Positions 25,139 to 38,882 of a stretch of 64,000 nt of DNA are shown here, piece after piece. Position 1 is the first letter of the stretch. Every line of letters starts with the position of its first letter. The position numbers were made by a program, and so were the translations under genes. Source of the stretch: Eledone cirrhosa (Eukaryota); assembly GCA_964016885.1 (NCBI GenBank), contig OZ024743.1, positions 64,046,001 to 64,110,000 of the forward strand, given 5' to 3'. The notes under the pieces were generated by a model. The model was not told the DNA's origin. It ran no database searches and was given only the letters and a program-made list of their open reading frames with translations.

Positions 25139-26095
25139 TTATTGTTGTGGTGGTGGTGGTGGGGTTGTTGGTTTTTGTTGTTGTTGTTGTTGTGGTTGTT
25201 TTTGTTGTTGTAGTTGGGGTGGTGTTGGTGTTGGTAGCAGTGTTTTTTTCTGTGTGAGCTGGGGACAGGCAGCCCTCAGGTGACCTCTATTGCCACAGAG
25301 GTAACAGGAGGGACGCCTACCCTCCACAATAATGTTGAGGTGGGTACGGTCATCCAGCATGACGCGCTCAGGGATTTGGGCGATGCGTTCTGGCCTTATT
25401 TGGGTCAGAACTTCGATGCTCGTTCCACTGAACGCGTCGCCGGATGCCTTCCCTATTGAAATGAGGTTGTCCTCGTCTAAATTGAGGAAACCGGTTAGTA
25501 ACCACCAGTAGTTTATGTTTGGGGTGATGGTGGTTATCCATATCCTCTGGGTTTTTTTACCCATGTAGGTGGGGAAGAAGGTGTAGTGTGTGGACCGAAT
25601 TGGCGACAGAGTATTTTTTCGCCGCCAATTCGTCTTTCATCAATATGGATAAACTCCCATAGAGTTTATCCTTTTGTATAAAAGTGATGTCTCTCATCGC
25701 GTCTTTCAAGACTAACTGAATTTCCGCTTGAGATGGTTGCGCTGGTTTTTTTGTTTTATTTAAAATTGTTCGGAATACGACAGTTCGTAATTCCGTCTGT
25801 CTTTTTAGTTCTGGAGGTGAATGTATAGAAAACGAACCGTTTTCGCCAAAAGATACATATTTCTTGGCTTTTTCCAGCATTTCTTTTGCTTTTGAAATAT
25901 CTTCCAGCACATACGCGACTGATAATTTAGCCGTTTGTGCAAAAGATATTTTGTTTTCGCTTTGGATTTTAGTATTGTTTTGTTTCTCGTCGTTTGAGTT
26001 GTTTTCATCTTTGTTGTTGTTGTTGTCTTTCTCGTTTGGTGTGTGGATACTTGTGACGTTTGTGTTGTTGTTGTTTTTGTTGTCTTTATTGTTGC

Positions 26096-26126
<31 letters not shown>

Positions 26127-26306
26127 GTTGTTTTCAAATTCTTGTGTAGTTGTGGCTACATCTAGTGGTCGGTCAACAGGTGAAGACAATTCTTCCTCTC
26201 TCTGACCTCTGTCTTTGGCATCTGCTGCTGTGACAGTGGCAGGGGGAAGCTGTGAGTATGACTTCTCCTTTCCTTCTTTGATTGATGGTGAAGATGCTTC
26301 AGCCAT
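25139..26306 (-). pseudogene. ORF1 (gag-like, zinc knuckle), frameshifted near 25560
   Basis: CYLCGNRGHLRAAC; Asn-rich and Gln/Pro-rich low-complexity segments. Confidence 0.8.
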
Positions 26307-26552
26307 TTTTCTCAAAATAGGGTTTTTCGAAGTTTTTCGAAAGATAAAATGTTCACAATACTATTTCGCCCAAAGGCGCAGAATATTTTGATAGACCGAC
26401 CAGATCAAAATTTGACCTGGCAGTCCCTCTACAAAATGGTACAAAAATGAAAGTTTACAGTTTACAATTTTCGTATGAATTTAAACAAAAACTTACCGAG
26501 CGAGTTCAGCACATGTGTCCATCGTAAAGAGATAGACATATAAAGTAAGATA

Positions 26553-26640
26553 GGCGGTGACATGGCAGAGTCATTAAGACGTCGGATAGAATACTTTACA
26601 GTATTTGCCCCACCTCATTGTGCGTTCTGAGTTAAAATCT
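26553..26640 (+). mobile_element. SINE family A head fragment
   Basis: ggcggtgacatggcagagtc..ttctgagttaaaatc resembles 57141-57225. Confidence 0.6.
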
Positions 26641-26850
26641 AAAATTTAAAGTAAGTGAGACTGTCACTACTCTAAAACAATAGCGTAAGGTCTTCGAAAT
26701 GCTTTTAATTAAGCATACAGTGTATTGCAAAATACAGTGTATATATATTCATATATATATATCGCTATTTCAGAGCACCAATTCTAATTTTTTATATATA
26801 TATATATATAGATAAATATACACGGGTGTGTATGATTGTGTATAGAAGAT

Positions 26851-27184
26851 TATATTAATAAAAGGAATTTCAACTTTGTCTGATTTACTCGTTTTATTTA
26901 CATTCCTTTAAAATTTATAATGGTATTAGAATGAAATAGTATGGTAGAATATTAAATGTTAAGTGTTAATTGAACAAGTACTTTCATGCTTTCGCAATCT
27001 TCAGGTTCATATTGTGTGGTGACAGTCAAGTTTGCAATTTTCAACTGAAAATTGCAAACTTGACTGTCAATTAACACTTAACATTTAATATTCTACCATA
27101 CTATTTCATTCTAATACCATTATAAATGTTAAAGGATTGTAAATAAAACGAGTAAATCAGACAAAGTTGGAATTCCTTTTATTA

Positions 27185-27189
<5 letters not shown>
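26851..27189. repeat. Fold-back element; hammerhead in the left arm only
   Basis: 26851-26973 versus 27067-27189; central 24-bp hairpin 27020-27069. Confidence 0.9.
26971..27009 (-). ncRNA. Minimal type I hammerhead ribozyme (CUU site)
   Basis: tgaac CTGAAGA t-tgc-gaaa-gca-t GAAA gtac TT gttca. Confidence 0.88.
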
Positions 27190-27225
<36 letters not shown>

Positions 27226-27260
27226 CATATATATATATACATATATATATATACATATAT

Positions 27261-27456
27261 AACGAAGGAAATGTGGTAAGGAACCAGGTGGACCATAACG
27301 CACCAAAGTACTCAATACTTGAGGTAGTAGAGTGGGTAATAGGAACCAGTAAGACCCCGACAGCTGAGCTCAAGCCGTTTCGACGGCTAATTCTCAATTC
27401 TGAATTAGCCGTCGAAACGGCTTGAGCTCAGCTGTCGGGGTCTTACTGGTTCCTAT
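27261..27456. repeat. PLE-type terminus with palindrome 27339-27456
   Basis: Same family and nearly the same turning point as 10405-10522. Confidence 0.85.
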
Positions 27457-27892
27457 ATACATATATATATATATGTATAAATACATTATCGGAGAAAGCT
27501 AATAGCGATACTCCGGCCAAATCCCAACTCACTCAACAAACATTAGGAAATAAGGGAGTATATTCCTAATTAAACGTTTGGGGTGCTAACTAATTGTATT
27601 GTGTGGAAAATTGGCTCTATTATTTCATATGAGATACATCAAATGTGTGTGTGTGTGTGTGTGCATGTGTGTGTGTATATATATATGTGTATTTATATAT
27701 CTATATATGCATATATAAACATCATCATCATCATCATCATCATTGTTTAACGTTTATCTTCCACGGTAGCATGGGTTTAGACGGGAATTGTCCTACTTGA
27801 GGCAAGATTGGTCGGGTGGCCATGTCTCGCTCATATAGGACTGTCTGGCAGGTTTTCTACGGCTGGATGCCCTTCCTAACACCAACCACATT

Positions 27893-27939
<47 letters not shown>

Positions 27940-27968
27940 ATAGAGGTGTAACACACAAGTTATTATAT

Positions 27969-28426
<458 letters not shown>

Positions 28427-28445
28427 ATATATATATATATATATA

Positions 28446-28519
<74 letters not shown>

Positions 28520-28521
<2 letters not shown>

Positions 28522-28975
28522 TCAACGTATCAGACATTAGTCCTTCATCGGGAAAGAACAAAGTTCAGAGAGAGGAATTTGGGAAATGGTGGTAGGTTCG
28601 AAGGCTGAGAAAGAAAAGGAGTCTTAAACATGAGTGAAAAGGCAGGTAAGTAGTCCAGCGTGCAGGGGTGGGTGCAGAGGTGGAGAATCCTATTGTGTAT
28701 CATTGGTACTGTTATGTGTGTGTGTTTGCACATGTGTGTATGAGGCGAAATGAACAGCCCTCCTTTTTCTCGAAGACATCTTTTTCATTTCTACTCTTCT
28801 CAATCTCCTCTATCTTTCTATTTCAATTTTTAAAATCCTCATTCTATTTTCTAATGAAGTACTAGCATCCGAAACGTTAAGAGTTTTCCAACTACATTAA
28901 GCGGGAAACTAATATGTATCTTCATTGGACTTCATCATCTATTGTGTTTTTCCTGTTAACTTTTCACATACATAT
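28520..28975. mobile_element. Two divergently oriented degenerate Penelope termini
   Basis: Minus: cCGATGAaggactaatgtcTGATAcgtt (28520-28555); plus: CTAATGAagtactagcatccGAAAcgtt (28851-28878); same motif as 15615-15655. Confidence 0.6.
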
Positions 28976-28989
28976 ATATATTAATGAGA

Positions 28990-29430
28990 GTTTCCGGGGA
29001 GCTCAAGACCAGGATTAATATCATCCATAAGTTAGTAGGAAATAGCTGGGGGTGTGATGCACACACACTCACAGTACTGTTTGCTGGTCTGGGCAAGGCG
29101 CGGCCATGCCAAGCAAGTTGACACTATCCTCAACTCAGCAATGAGAATAGTATCTGGCACACTGACATATACACCTATTCAGTAGCTTCTTACCATTTCT
29201 CATACATCTCCTTCTCACATGCAGCAACAGGAGATGATCCACGAGGTAGCATTTCTTACCAAGTCCCAGCCTGACCTTTCGATCTATGAAGACATGGAAA
29301 AGCTTCCCAACATACACTTGAAACAATTCTAGGAATCAATGAAGACCCTTAAAGACAATAACTATGACTTGAAGGGAGAGTGGCGACAATCATCGAATGA
29401 GTCTAAATTTTTCAACCAAGACCTCGTTCA
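28990..29430 (+). mobile_element. Degenerate Ingi/Vingi-like LINE fragment
   Basis: LKTRINIIHKLVGNSWGCDA..HAKQVDTILNSAMRIVSGTL. Confidence 0.6.
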
Positions 29431-29631
29431 TACTTATATATATATATATATATTTATCTATGTATAATCATTATTGTCCTTTTGTTGACTTTTCCATGCT
29501 AGCATGGGCTTGTCAGGATGTTTTGAGGCAATGTTTTATCCTCGGATACCCTTCCTGACATCAACCTTTTTAGTTGCTTCATATGACATGCAGGGATATG
29601 TATGTATGAATGTATATATATATATATATAT

Positions 29632-32078
29632 GGAAGCTGAAAGACTCCTCAGCTAGTAACAGATTTAAGGATATCTTATTCGAAGCCTGTGACAGTAAAG
29701 AAGAACAGTTAGAGACAGCACTGGGAGTTCCTAAAAAAATAACTTACTAAAGGTGATGGATGAGATTTGTGGTTGGAGCAAGACCACAGGGAGGAGAAGA
29801 GTGACTTGGTGGTGGAACAATAAGGTAGATGAGGCAGTTAAGGCCAAGAGACAGGCATCGAAAGAATGGAAGAATGAGTACATTACATAGAGACCAGGAG
29901 GGAAACTAGGCAACAAGTATACTTAGCTAGCAGGGAAGCGGAGGATAGAAAATTCAAGCATGTTTTGCAGCATGAGGACCAGAAGCAAGAGGTGTTCAAG
30001 ATTGTGAGGTAGTGTTTTAGAGAGAACTGTGATGTCATTGGAGAGAAGTGTGTCTGGAATGATAAAGGTGTGCTTGCCCTCACAAGTGCTGAGAAGAAAG
30101 ATGCGTGGAAGAGCCATTATGTAAGATTACTAAATGGGGAGAATGTATGGGAGAAAGAGACCCTACCCCAAGTGGACCCTATAGACGGGCCAGCAGTACA
30201 AGTCAGAAGCAGCGTAGTAAGTAAGGTAATTAAAGATATGGAGACTGGGAAGGCAACCGGTCCATCGGGTATAGCTGCCGAGATGCTGAAAGTATCTGGG
30301 TCGGTAGGTCAAACCATAACCATATGTATTGTTAACCAGGTAATACTAGTGGGTGTTATACCAAAGGATTGGTGCAGTAGCATCATTATCAACTGCTACA
30401 AGGGTAAAGGTGATGCACTAGATAGAGGAAACTATAGAAGTATAAAGCTGATGGACCAGGTCATGAAAGTAACAGAAAGAATTATAGCACAGTTGATTAG
30501 GGACCGGGTAAAACTAGATGAGATGCAGTTTGGTTTTGTGCCAGGAAAAGGCACCACTGATGCCCTCTTCCTTGTGAGGCAGTTACAGGAAAAGTACCTA
30601 GCTAAAAGTAAGCCGCTCTACCTGGCATTTGTCGATCTGGAAAAAGCGTTCAACAGAGTGCCCTGTACTATAATCTGGTGGGCTCTTAGAAAACTAGGAG
30701 TAGATGAATGGCTTGTGAAAGCTGTACAATCCATATAAGGGGGGGCAGTCAGCAAAGCTAAGGTTAGCAATGACTATAGCGAGGAATTTAGCATACAGGT
30801 CGGTGTCCACCAGGGCTCTGTTCTTAGCCCTCTCCTGTTCATTATAGTATTGCAGGCAATAACAGAGGAGTTTAAGACCGGATGCCCATTGGAACTCCTA
30901 TGGGTGGATGATCTCACACTTATAGCTGAATCTATGGTGGAACTAGAGAAGAAATTCCAAACATGGAAGCAGGGACTAGAAAGAAAGGGTCTCAAAGTCA
31001 ACCTGACAAAGACTAAGGTCCTCGTAAGTAGATGAGAAAACAGAACCCAGATCCCCTCAGGGAAATGGCCTTGCTCAGTATGTAGGAAAGGTGTAGGTAG
31101 AAATTCCATCCTCTACCCCAAATGCAAACTATGGGTACACAAGAGATGTAGCAGGATCTCAGGAAGCTTAGCTAAGAATGTAGGCTTTACATGTAACAGC
31201 TGTGTTGGGACAGCAAGCAGCAAACAGCCACAGGAAACAAGTACCACCAAACTCTGGGAGGGCTCTGTAGAAACAGTAGACAGCTTCTGTTACCTGGGTG
31301 ACCAAATTAGCAGCGGAGGTGGGTGTTCTGAAAGTACTGTAACCAGCGTAAGAATGGGGTGGAAGAAGTTCAGGGAGCTACTGCCACTGCTAGCTGCAAA
31401 AGGCTTTTCCCTCAAAATGAAAAGCAGACTGTATGATGTTGTATACGAACAGCAATGTTACATGTAGTAGTGAGACCTGGGCATTGTGTGGAGATTAGAA
31501 AGAAACGAAGCTTGCATGCTCCGACAAAGCAAAAACGAATGAAAGACAGACTAAGCATAAGAGGAATCAAATGATGTGTGCAGGAGAGGAGGTTGTGTTG
31601 GTATGGATATGTGATGCGTATGAAGGATGACAGCTGCATAAAAAGGTGCAGAGCACTAGAAGTCGATAGAAGCTGTGGCGTGGGGAGACACAAGGAGCCC
31701 TGTGATGAGGTGATGAAAGCCAACCTTACCCAATTGCACCTCTCAAAGGCGATGACACAGGACCATGACCTCTGGCGTCACTCAGTAATACAGAAGATCC
31801 GACTTGCCACGGGTACAAGCCGAAGCTGAAGCATATAGACAATATGCCCCACCCCCTCCCATTGCAAAGTGGTCGTGGAGGTGTCATGACAAAAAAGCAC
31901 CCAGCCCACACTGTAAATGAGGTTGGTGTTAGGAAGGGCATCCAGCTGTAGAAATCAAGCCAGAATCAGTTCCTGTATGAGAAGGACAAGGTCAGCCGAC
32001 CGGATACTGCCCACAACAGAAAAACCCGTCTAACCCATGCTAGAGTGGAAGAACGGACGTAAAACGGTGATGATGATG
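29632..32078 (+). mobile_element. 5'-truncated, degenerate RTE LINE with complete 3' UTR and (GAT)n tail
   Basis: ORF 30070-30738 YKGKGDALDRGNYRSIKL..QFGFVPGKGTTDA..FVDLEKAFNRVP; GVHQGSVLSP; UTR motif ttaggaagggcatccagctgtagaaa. Confidence 0.92.
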
Positions 32079-32124
32079 TATATATATATATATGTGTGTG
32101 TCTGTGTGTGTGCGTGTGTGCGTG

Positions 32125-32200
<76 letters not shown>

Positions 32201-33289
32201 TGATGTGTGTGTGTCTGCATTTACGTTTGTGTCGGTATCTACGTTTATGTTACGTAACATATCGATTTGACAAAATGAGATTGATATACAATAAGTACCG
32301 CGCAGGAAAAACATATTCTAGTCTTGATTAAATCCCTGTAAATTGGTGCACCACAACATTACCCCAACACAACAAAAAACCAACAAATGAAACGTTCAAG
32401 TCTAAGGGAGACTACTCTAATAAAAAAAATTGTCGTTTTTCTAATATAGAAAATTTTGTTCATAGTTAAAAAAACATTATTATTTAAAAACAGAAAAGGA
32501 AGGAAAGGCAAGGGCTTTAGGTTCACAGAAGACGGGGGTGATCTTCGCTAGGGCGCGGTGAATGAAAAAGAAGTTATACAAAGATGGAAATAGGCTAAAG
32601 AAATATGAAAACAAAATTAACTATTGGAAAAAAAGGAGTAAAGAAGGGCAGATCTGATTGTATGGGAAAGTAGAGGAAAGAACTATAAATGACATAATTA
32701 AGAAGAGAAATAGAGGAAAAGCAAGGACTCTAGGTCCACAGAAGAAAGGGAGGGTGATGGACTCCGGCCCTAAGGTGGAGTGGTTTTGCGGTGTATTACG
32801 TGGACAAAACTGCAAAAGCAAATAAAATAAATTATATTTATCTCAAGGTCACCGTCTTCGGATGTCCTTGATCCCCGCACTGCTGACCCTTTTTCGTAAA
32901 ATCCGAAAAATAAAAGTCTGCTCGAGGATGGAGCTCCATGAAGTGGGTGTCGCTGGTCATTCTCCGCGGCAATACCTTTGAATTTTGTCCACAGGCGCAA
33001 CAGAAACAGCGCTCAGACTGTAGAGTGGAGTCTTTCCTTCTATCCATCTTCCTTTTTTTTTGTTGTTTAATTCTTTTTTATTACTCGTTTTCTTCTTTTC
33101 CTTTCTTTTTTGTGTCCTTATTGTCATATATATTGTACACTTTTTTTTATCACATTTTCTGTACTCTTTGTAGCATATTACTAAGTAAATTCTCTTTAGT
33201 TCAATTTCACAGCACACGTTATCTCCCTTGATAAATCTAAGGGGAATAACTGTGACATACTTTTTATCTTCATTTACTTGATATTCTCA

Positions 33290-34160
33290 TTTCAACTGTC
33301 CCGTAGTCTGGGAGACAGTTGGGGCGCCAGCCACAGATGACCTGGCAACCAGCTCCTTCCATTCCTCTCGCCTCTCCACCTACCTCATGGTTGCACCAGC
33401 CTTATGACTGTCCATTCCAGGATGTTGTCCTCTCATCTCTTTCTCTGTGTGCCTCTCTTCCTTCCTCCTTGTACTGTTCCCTGCAGGGCAGTCTTGGCAA
33501 GCCCTAAAGATATTGTCACGTGCCCGTACCATCTCAATTTGTGTTTTTTTTACAATGGTCAGCAGATCTTCGTAGGGCCCGATGGCTTGCCAAATTCTGT
33601 TTCGCACCTCCTCATTGGAGGAACGGTCTCTGTAGGAGATGGCAAGGGGCTTTCTGAAGCATCTTATCACTATAGCCTGTATTCTTATTTCCAGATCTGA
33701 TGTTATTGCCCAAGACTTACAGGCATACAAAAATATGGATATGACCATGGAGCGCATCAGTCTGATCTTTGACAGGGCTATATTCTTGTCATTCCAGATG
33801 GTCTTAAGTTTTGTAAGTGCTACTGTGGTCTGGGTAGATCTGGTGAGAACTTCGTGTTTATATCCTTCATCTGAAATGATTACCTTCAGGTATTTCAAAC
33901 TGTTGACGAACTCTAGTTTCTTACCGTTGACCCTGATGTCAGTACTGATGCCGTTGGTGTTGTAGGTCATCAGTTTGGTCTTTTCTGCACTGATCTGCAT
34001 GTCGTAGGTGGTAGAAGTCTTGTCAAGATGTTCTACCTGGTTGGCTAGCTCCTCTTCCTTCCCTGCCACACCTTCTATGTCGTCGGCAAAAAGCAAGTTT
34101 ATAACAGTCCTGCCGCTAATGCTGACTGTCCCTTCATGGTCTACCAGTGCGTCTGTCATA
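33290..34160 (-). mobile_element. RTE/BovB-like LINE 3' fragment
   Basis: ISGRTVINLLFADDI..ISAEKTKLM..SIFLYACKSW. Confidence 0.88.
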
Positions 34161-34360
34161 CTTGATATTACTAGTTATTTAATAGTTATGTTTAGAGGAA
34201 GAGACAGTGCTTATAGTCTACAGAAGCCCTCAGAGAGGTAAGGATTCGATGCTGTTGATGTTCGGTTTAAATTGACGCAGGTCCACCACAAACATTCTGT
34301 ATTTGAAAATCATGTCTAGTATATTTCATTAGAAATATGGCAATGAAAGAGTTAAAGTAC

Positions 34361-34422
<62 letters not shown>

Positions 34423-34427
34423 ACGGT

Positions 34428-34477
34428 GAGCTGCACTGATGACGAGTAGTGCCCAGAAACATTGGTGTCTGCAGTTC
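34428..34477 (+). ncRNA. Type I hammerhead ribozyme (GUC site; imperfect stem II)
   Basis: gagctgca CTGATGA c-gagt-agt-gccc-a GAAA cattggtg TC tgcagttc. Confidence 0.8.
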
Positions 34478-34613
34478 TGTTTACACGCCAACACAAGAGC
34501 AGCAATGAGGGGTTCAATCTACTGACAAGGCTTTGAAAAGGAGGCTGTTTGCCTAATTGCAGACGTATCGAATGTTGTTTTGTTATTGGTGTTCGAAAAA
34601 CTCAGATTACATT

Positions 34614-34644
<31 letters not shown>

Positions 34645-35025
34645 AGATATGTATGTATATATATATATATATATATATATGAGTGTGTGTGTATGTATAT
34701 GTGTATGTATGTGTATGCATATATATATATGTGTGTGTGTGTGTGTGTTTACATATATGTGTGCGTGTGTGATTGTAGACACCTGACCATTTCGGCAGAC
34801 CCACCAATGAATGGCCATTGTTAGCTTAAACGAACCTTAAAAATCAGGAGTGCCCCCCCATGTGAACCTGTCTCCAGACACTTAGCTTGAATTTTTTTTT
34901 TCTGCCTTTGTTCTCTAAATATAGTTCTAAAGAATTCCATTTTCTTTAAATCCATCAACCAATGACCTCCACCCTCTCTTACCACCAGAAAAGGTATAAA
35001 TACCACCATACTACTTGGACAGTCA

Positions 35026-35073
35026 GCTTCCTGATGATTTCTCCAAATGAAACAGTTCTAATCCTGTAGAAGC
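35026..35073 (+). ncRNA. Type I hammerhead ribozyme (GUA site; weak stem II)
   Basis: gcttc CTGATGA tttctccaaat GAAA cag-ttctaatc-ctg TA gaagc. Confidence 0.75.
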
Positions 35074-35174
35074 CATTTCTATATTAAATATTAAATATTT
35101 ATACTCTGCTATGTATTGAGTACCTTACTTACTGTGGTTACCCCGATTGAACCTGGGATAAACTTATATATATA

Positions 35175-35645
35175 TATAGTGATAATAATAATATGAAAAT
35201 GATTGTGTACAGAGCTCAGGTGCACAACAACTCATCAAAAGTACATGTATAGTACATAAAATAATGTACAAATGTCAGGAAAGTGAACAGTTTATGTGTC
35301 ATGATACACACACACACATGCATATGTGTATGTGTGTGTGTATCGAGGAAGAATATCAGGTGTAGTGTTGGTGAATTTCAGGATGCATGGAAGTTTTGAA
35401 CGATGCAGTGTCCTGACAGCTAACAACCGATGCAGGTAGATTGTTCCATGCTTCAGCAACTCCGAGTGGGAAAATATGTTTTCAAAAGTTAAGGGAGCTG
35501 TACTGTTTTCTGATTTGTTAAGCATGTCCATGGGTGTTAGACATATGGAATTCAAAAGATTGCTCAGGGTTGTTGTTGGAAAGATGGTTAATAATCTTGT
35601 AAGTGTCTACCAAGTCAGTTGCCAGACGTTGGAACTTTAATGTAT
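35175..35645 (-). mobile_element. CR1-clade LINE 3' fragment
   Basis: RLATDLVDTYKII..NTHGHA; (TTA)n tail; sibling at 57530-57925. Confidence 0.8.
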
Positions 35646-35769
35646 TCAAAACATGGGGCATATAAGACACAGACAATATGTAAAGGAATGATAAGTAGAT
35701 AGGAATGTACTTTAGTTGTAGAAGTGACATCTGAACAAGTATCCTCACCCACCAGCTAACTTATAACTT

Positions 35770-36145
35770 ATCCTCCATCTCTGGGTCTTAGCTGACAGGA
35801 TGGAGAATACATTGCCCCAGAGAATGGCGAGCGAAATGCTCTAAACAAACACTCCACCTTGCAGGATGTGCACCTGTGGGTGACCAACTCTGCCACAATA
35901 GCAGTGAGTACCAATGTGTACCAGGGACCAAGAACATAGGAAGTCTCCAATGCTACAGGCTCTACCGAGAGCGGCTAATAATTGGACAGTTTACTCTTTT
36001 CGGTTTGGTGGGAAGCAGAACCTGAAATGGCATTTGAACGCACCAGGTTGCCACTTAAGTAGGTGTCACAGCATGTAGCATCCCAGATGAGGGCCCAACC
36101 ACCATGGAATGGGAAGATTGTCATCCTCTCGATCCAGTCCTACTG
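35770..36145 (-). mobile_element. Degenerate CRE-clade endonuclease fragment
   Basis: MTIFPFHGGWALIWDATCCDT..EKSKLSNY..EPVALETSYVLG. Confidence 0.7.
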
Positions 36146-36404
36146 GCTTGAGCTAGGAAAAGACAATATGTTATTTTCCAAAAACACCAGCTTAATAATG
36201 AGAAAGCTAATTATATTATTAAGTCCCATCAAACTCTTGATTATTATTAAAAGGTGCCAATAAACACACACACACATCTTCCATCATAATTTTATGTGTG
36301 AATAAGGTTTGTTCCAAAGACGGGCTTAATAATGAGAAACTATATTTCTAAATCCTTCCAAATTCCAGATTATTTAAAAAATTATTTAAAAGTCATAGGC
36401 AGTG

Positions 36405-36890
36405 TCTTCTTCGCCCACTTATTCCTGAGAGGGTCTTGGGGGCAGTGTCCTTAAACACTTCTTCCAGTGGGTCCTGTCAGAAACAACTGTCTCCAACTGA
36501 TCTGGCTGGATCACCAAATGAGACCAGCCAGGCTCATGGATGGTATCCAACTATCTTGCTTGGGGTCTACCCCAGGGTTTCCTGTCGGTTGGTTTTACCC
36601 GTAAAATCTGTCCAGCAATTCTTTCCGCAGACATTCTAACCACATGTCCATAGTATCAGACCTGTGATCTCTCAGTTCGATACCTATGATCTCTCAATTC
36701 GAAGCAGTAGTGGCTCTACCTGGAGAGACTCTCTGATTTCCAAGCTACGCACTCTATCGAGAAACGTTACTCCAAAGACCCTTAGGAGGAACCCCATTTC
36801 ATCTGCTTGTGTTCGCGATCGTATTCTTTCGGTCATTACCCAAGATTCAAAGCCATAGGTAAGGGTTGGCACAAATACCGAATTGAAGAT
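36405..36890 (-). mobile_element. RTE (Expander-like) 3' fragment
   Basis: PTLTYGFESWVMTERIRSRTQADEMGFL..EPLLLRIERS. Confidence 0.85.
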
Positions 36891-38079
36891 AATTAGAAAT
36901 ATAGTAATGAAAGGGTTAAAGAAGTTTTAATAGATTCATTCATTAGAAATGTGTTAGCAGAAAAGTGTTACACATTATAAGTATAATGAATTTTACACTC
37001 TACACTCAGTTCTGTATGTATATATGTATATATGTATCTACGTATGTATGGTCACTCTTCAGTGCTACTGGTAACATGTAACCCAGTACAACCTGTGCAT
37101 GGTCAGATCGTCGGCAACTAATCCAGCAAACCTCACCAAATTTGTTTGGTGAGGAGGGTGATTTTGGAGATCCTGTATGATGAAAAACAAAACAAAGAGT
37201 CAACAGCCATCCAATAAATTTTTTTTTTTTAGGTGGTCAGTGGAGTGAAAGATCCCTAGTCTTTATAAAGACATCTCTTTAGGAAGTCACTCTGATCTGA
37301 TGTAAAACCTGTGACTTCGTTTGCATCCAATGATGTAGACCAGTTCTTCTTTTTGGGTAAATATATTCAATGTTCAGAGAATGGGATTGACTCAGTGCAA
37401 ACCTTTCCTCACTTAAAAAAGCTTCATTTTTTGTAATGCATGGATTTGGTGGCCATAGGCAAGTCCCTAACAGGACTCAAAAACCACATCTGTGATGCTC
37501 ATGCTTAATTATGAAGCGATGGCATTACTAGAAATTGAGTTGCAGCCATGTATGTATGTATGTATGTATGTATGTATGTATGTACGTATATATGAATGTT
37601 GGTGCTACTGGTAACATGTATCCCAGTACAACCTGTCTCATGGTTGGGTCGTTGGCGACTAAACTGGCAACCCCACCAAGGTTTCTTGGTGAGGAGGGTG
37701 ACTTTGGACATCCTGCAGGACTAAAAACAAAACCTGTCAAAGGGCAAAGGAGCTCTTAAGAGTCAACTTGTCGTCACATGGTACCATGGGCCCAGCACTA
37801 TGTGTCAATAATTGTCACAGGTGTAGTGTTTGTACCAGAGTTTTCAAGTCGCTGGGTGGACTAAAAAGTCACACTCGTTCAGTGCATCGGTAGGGGTTCT
37901 TCTACATGAATATAAAGTAGTGGCCATACTCGAAAACGAGTTGGCAGCCACCATTTATGAATGTATGTATGCCTGGACCTGCAACTCCTTAAATCTGAAC
38001 ATAGCCAATTTCGTCCAGAGAAGGGAAGAAAGAGAGTGAGTGACAGATCGAAAGTGAACAAAAGATACAGAGGGAGAAT

Positions 38080-38232
38080 CAACCCCAGTACTAGACTGGT
38101 ACTTTTATTATTTACCTTGAAAGGATGAAAGGTAAAGTTGACCTTGGTGAGATTTGAACTCAGTGCACAGAGAACCTGAACAAATATCACACAGCATTCT
38201 ATCTGATGTTTTAACAACACTGCCAACCTGCA
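38080..38232 (-). mobile_element. SINE family A, diverged
   Basis: gagttcaaatctcaccaaggtcaactttacctttcatcctttcaagg on the minus strand. Confidence 0.7.
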
Positions 38233-38834
38233 GCCTTATACATAATGGGATGTAATAAACTAAAATGTATGACAAAGATGTTATTGTGAAAATGTCCTTG
38301 GTTATAACAACAGTTGACACTTTATTTTGGAATGTACTGTGATCCCCTATCAAATTCCATTCTTTCTATACACTTGACATGGGCTTATGTAAATACATGT
38401 ATGTATTTATGTATGTATGTATGCATGTATGTATGTGTGTGTATGTATGTATGATTGTTTGTATGTGTGTGTGTGTGTATATGTATGTATGTTTGTATGT
38501 ATGTAAGTATGTATGTGTGGGTGTGTATGTATGTTTGTGTGTGTATGTATATATGTGTGTGTGTATGTATGTTCTTCTGGTTTTATAATTTTATTAATTT
38601 TTACCAATAGAGAGAGAGCTGGATTCTAACATAGACACAAGACTCTTTCACTGCAATTTAGACAACATCAACTAGGTAGATATGTATGCATGCCTGCATG
38701 TGTGCATGTGTGTGCAGGTATGGATGTTGTTGTATGTATGTGTATGTTTTGAGTTATATGTGTGCATGTGCATATGTTTGTATCTGTATATGTGTACATG
38801 CAGCTATTACATGCAAAATTACATGATGATGATG

Positions 38835-38882
<48 letters not shown>

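Larger units (their letters stand above)
21701..26534 (-). mobile_element. Tx1/L1-clade non-LTR retrotransposon, both ends present, internally deleted, 18-bp TSD
   Basis: TSD gacatataaagtaagata at 21683-21700 and 26535-26552; ORF1 with CCHC knuckle; ORF2 APE-RT-zinc finger; aataaa near the 3' end. Confidence 0.92.

Noticed and set aside
32290-33290. Two head-to-head related segments (similar to 56470-56700) as a fold-back
   Set aside because: Too diverged to call; more likely independent 3' ends of an unclassified LINE
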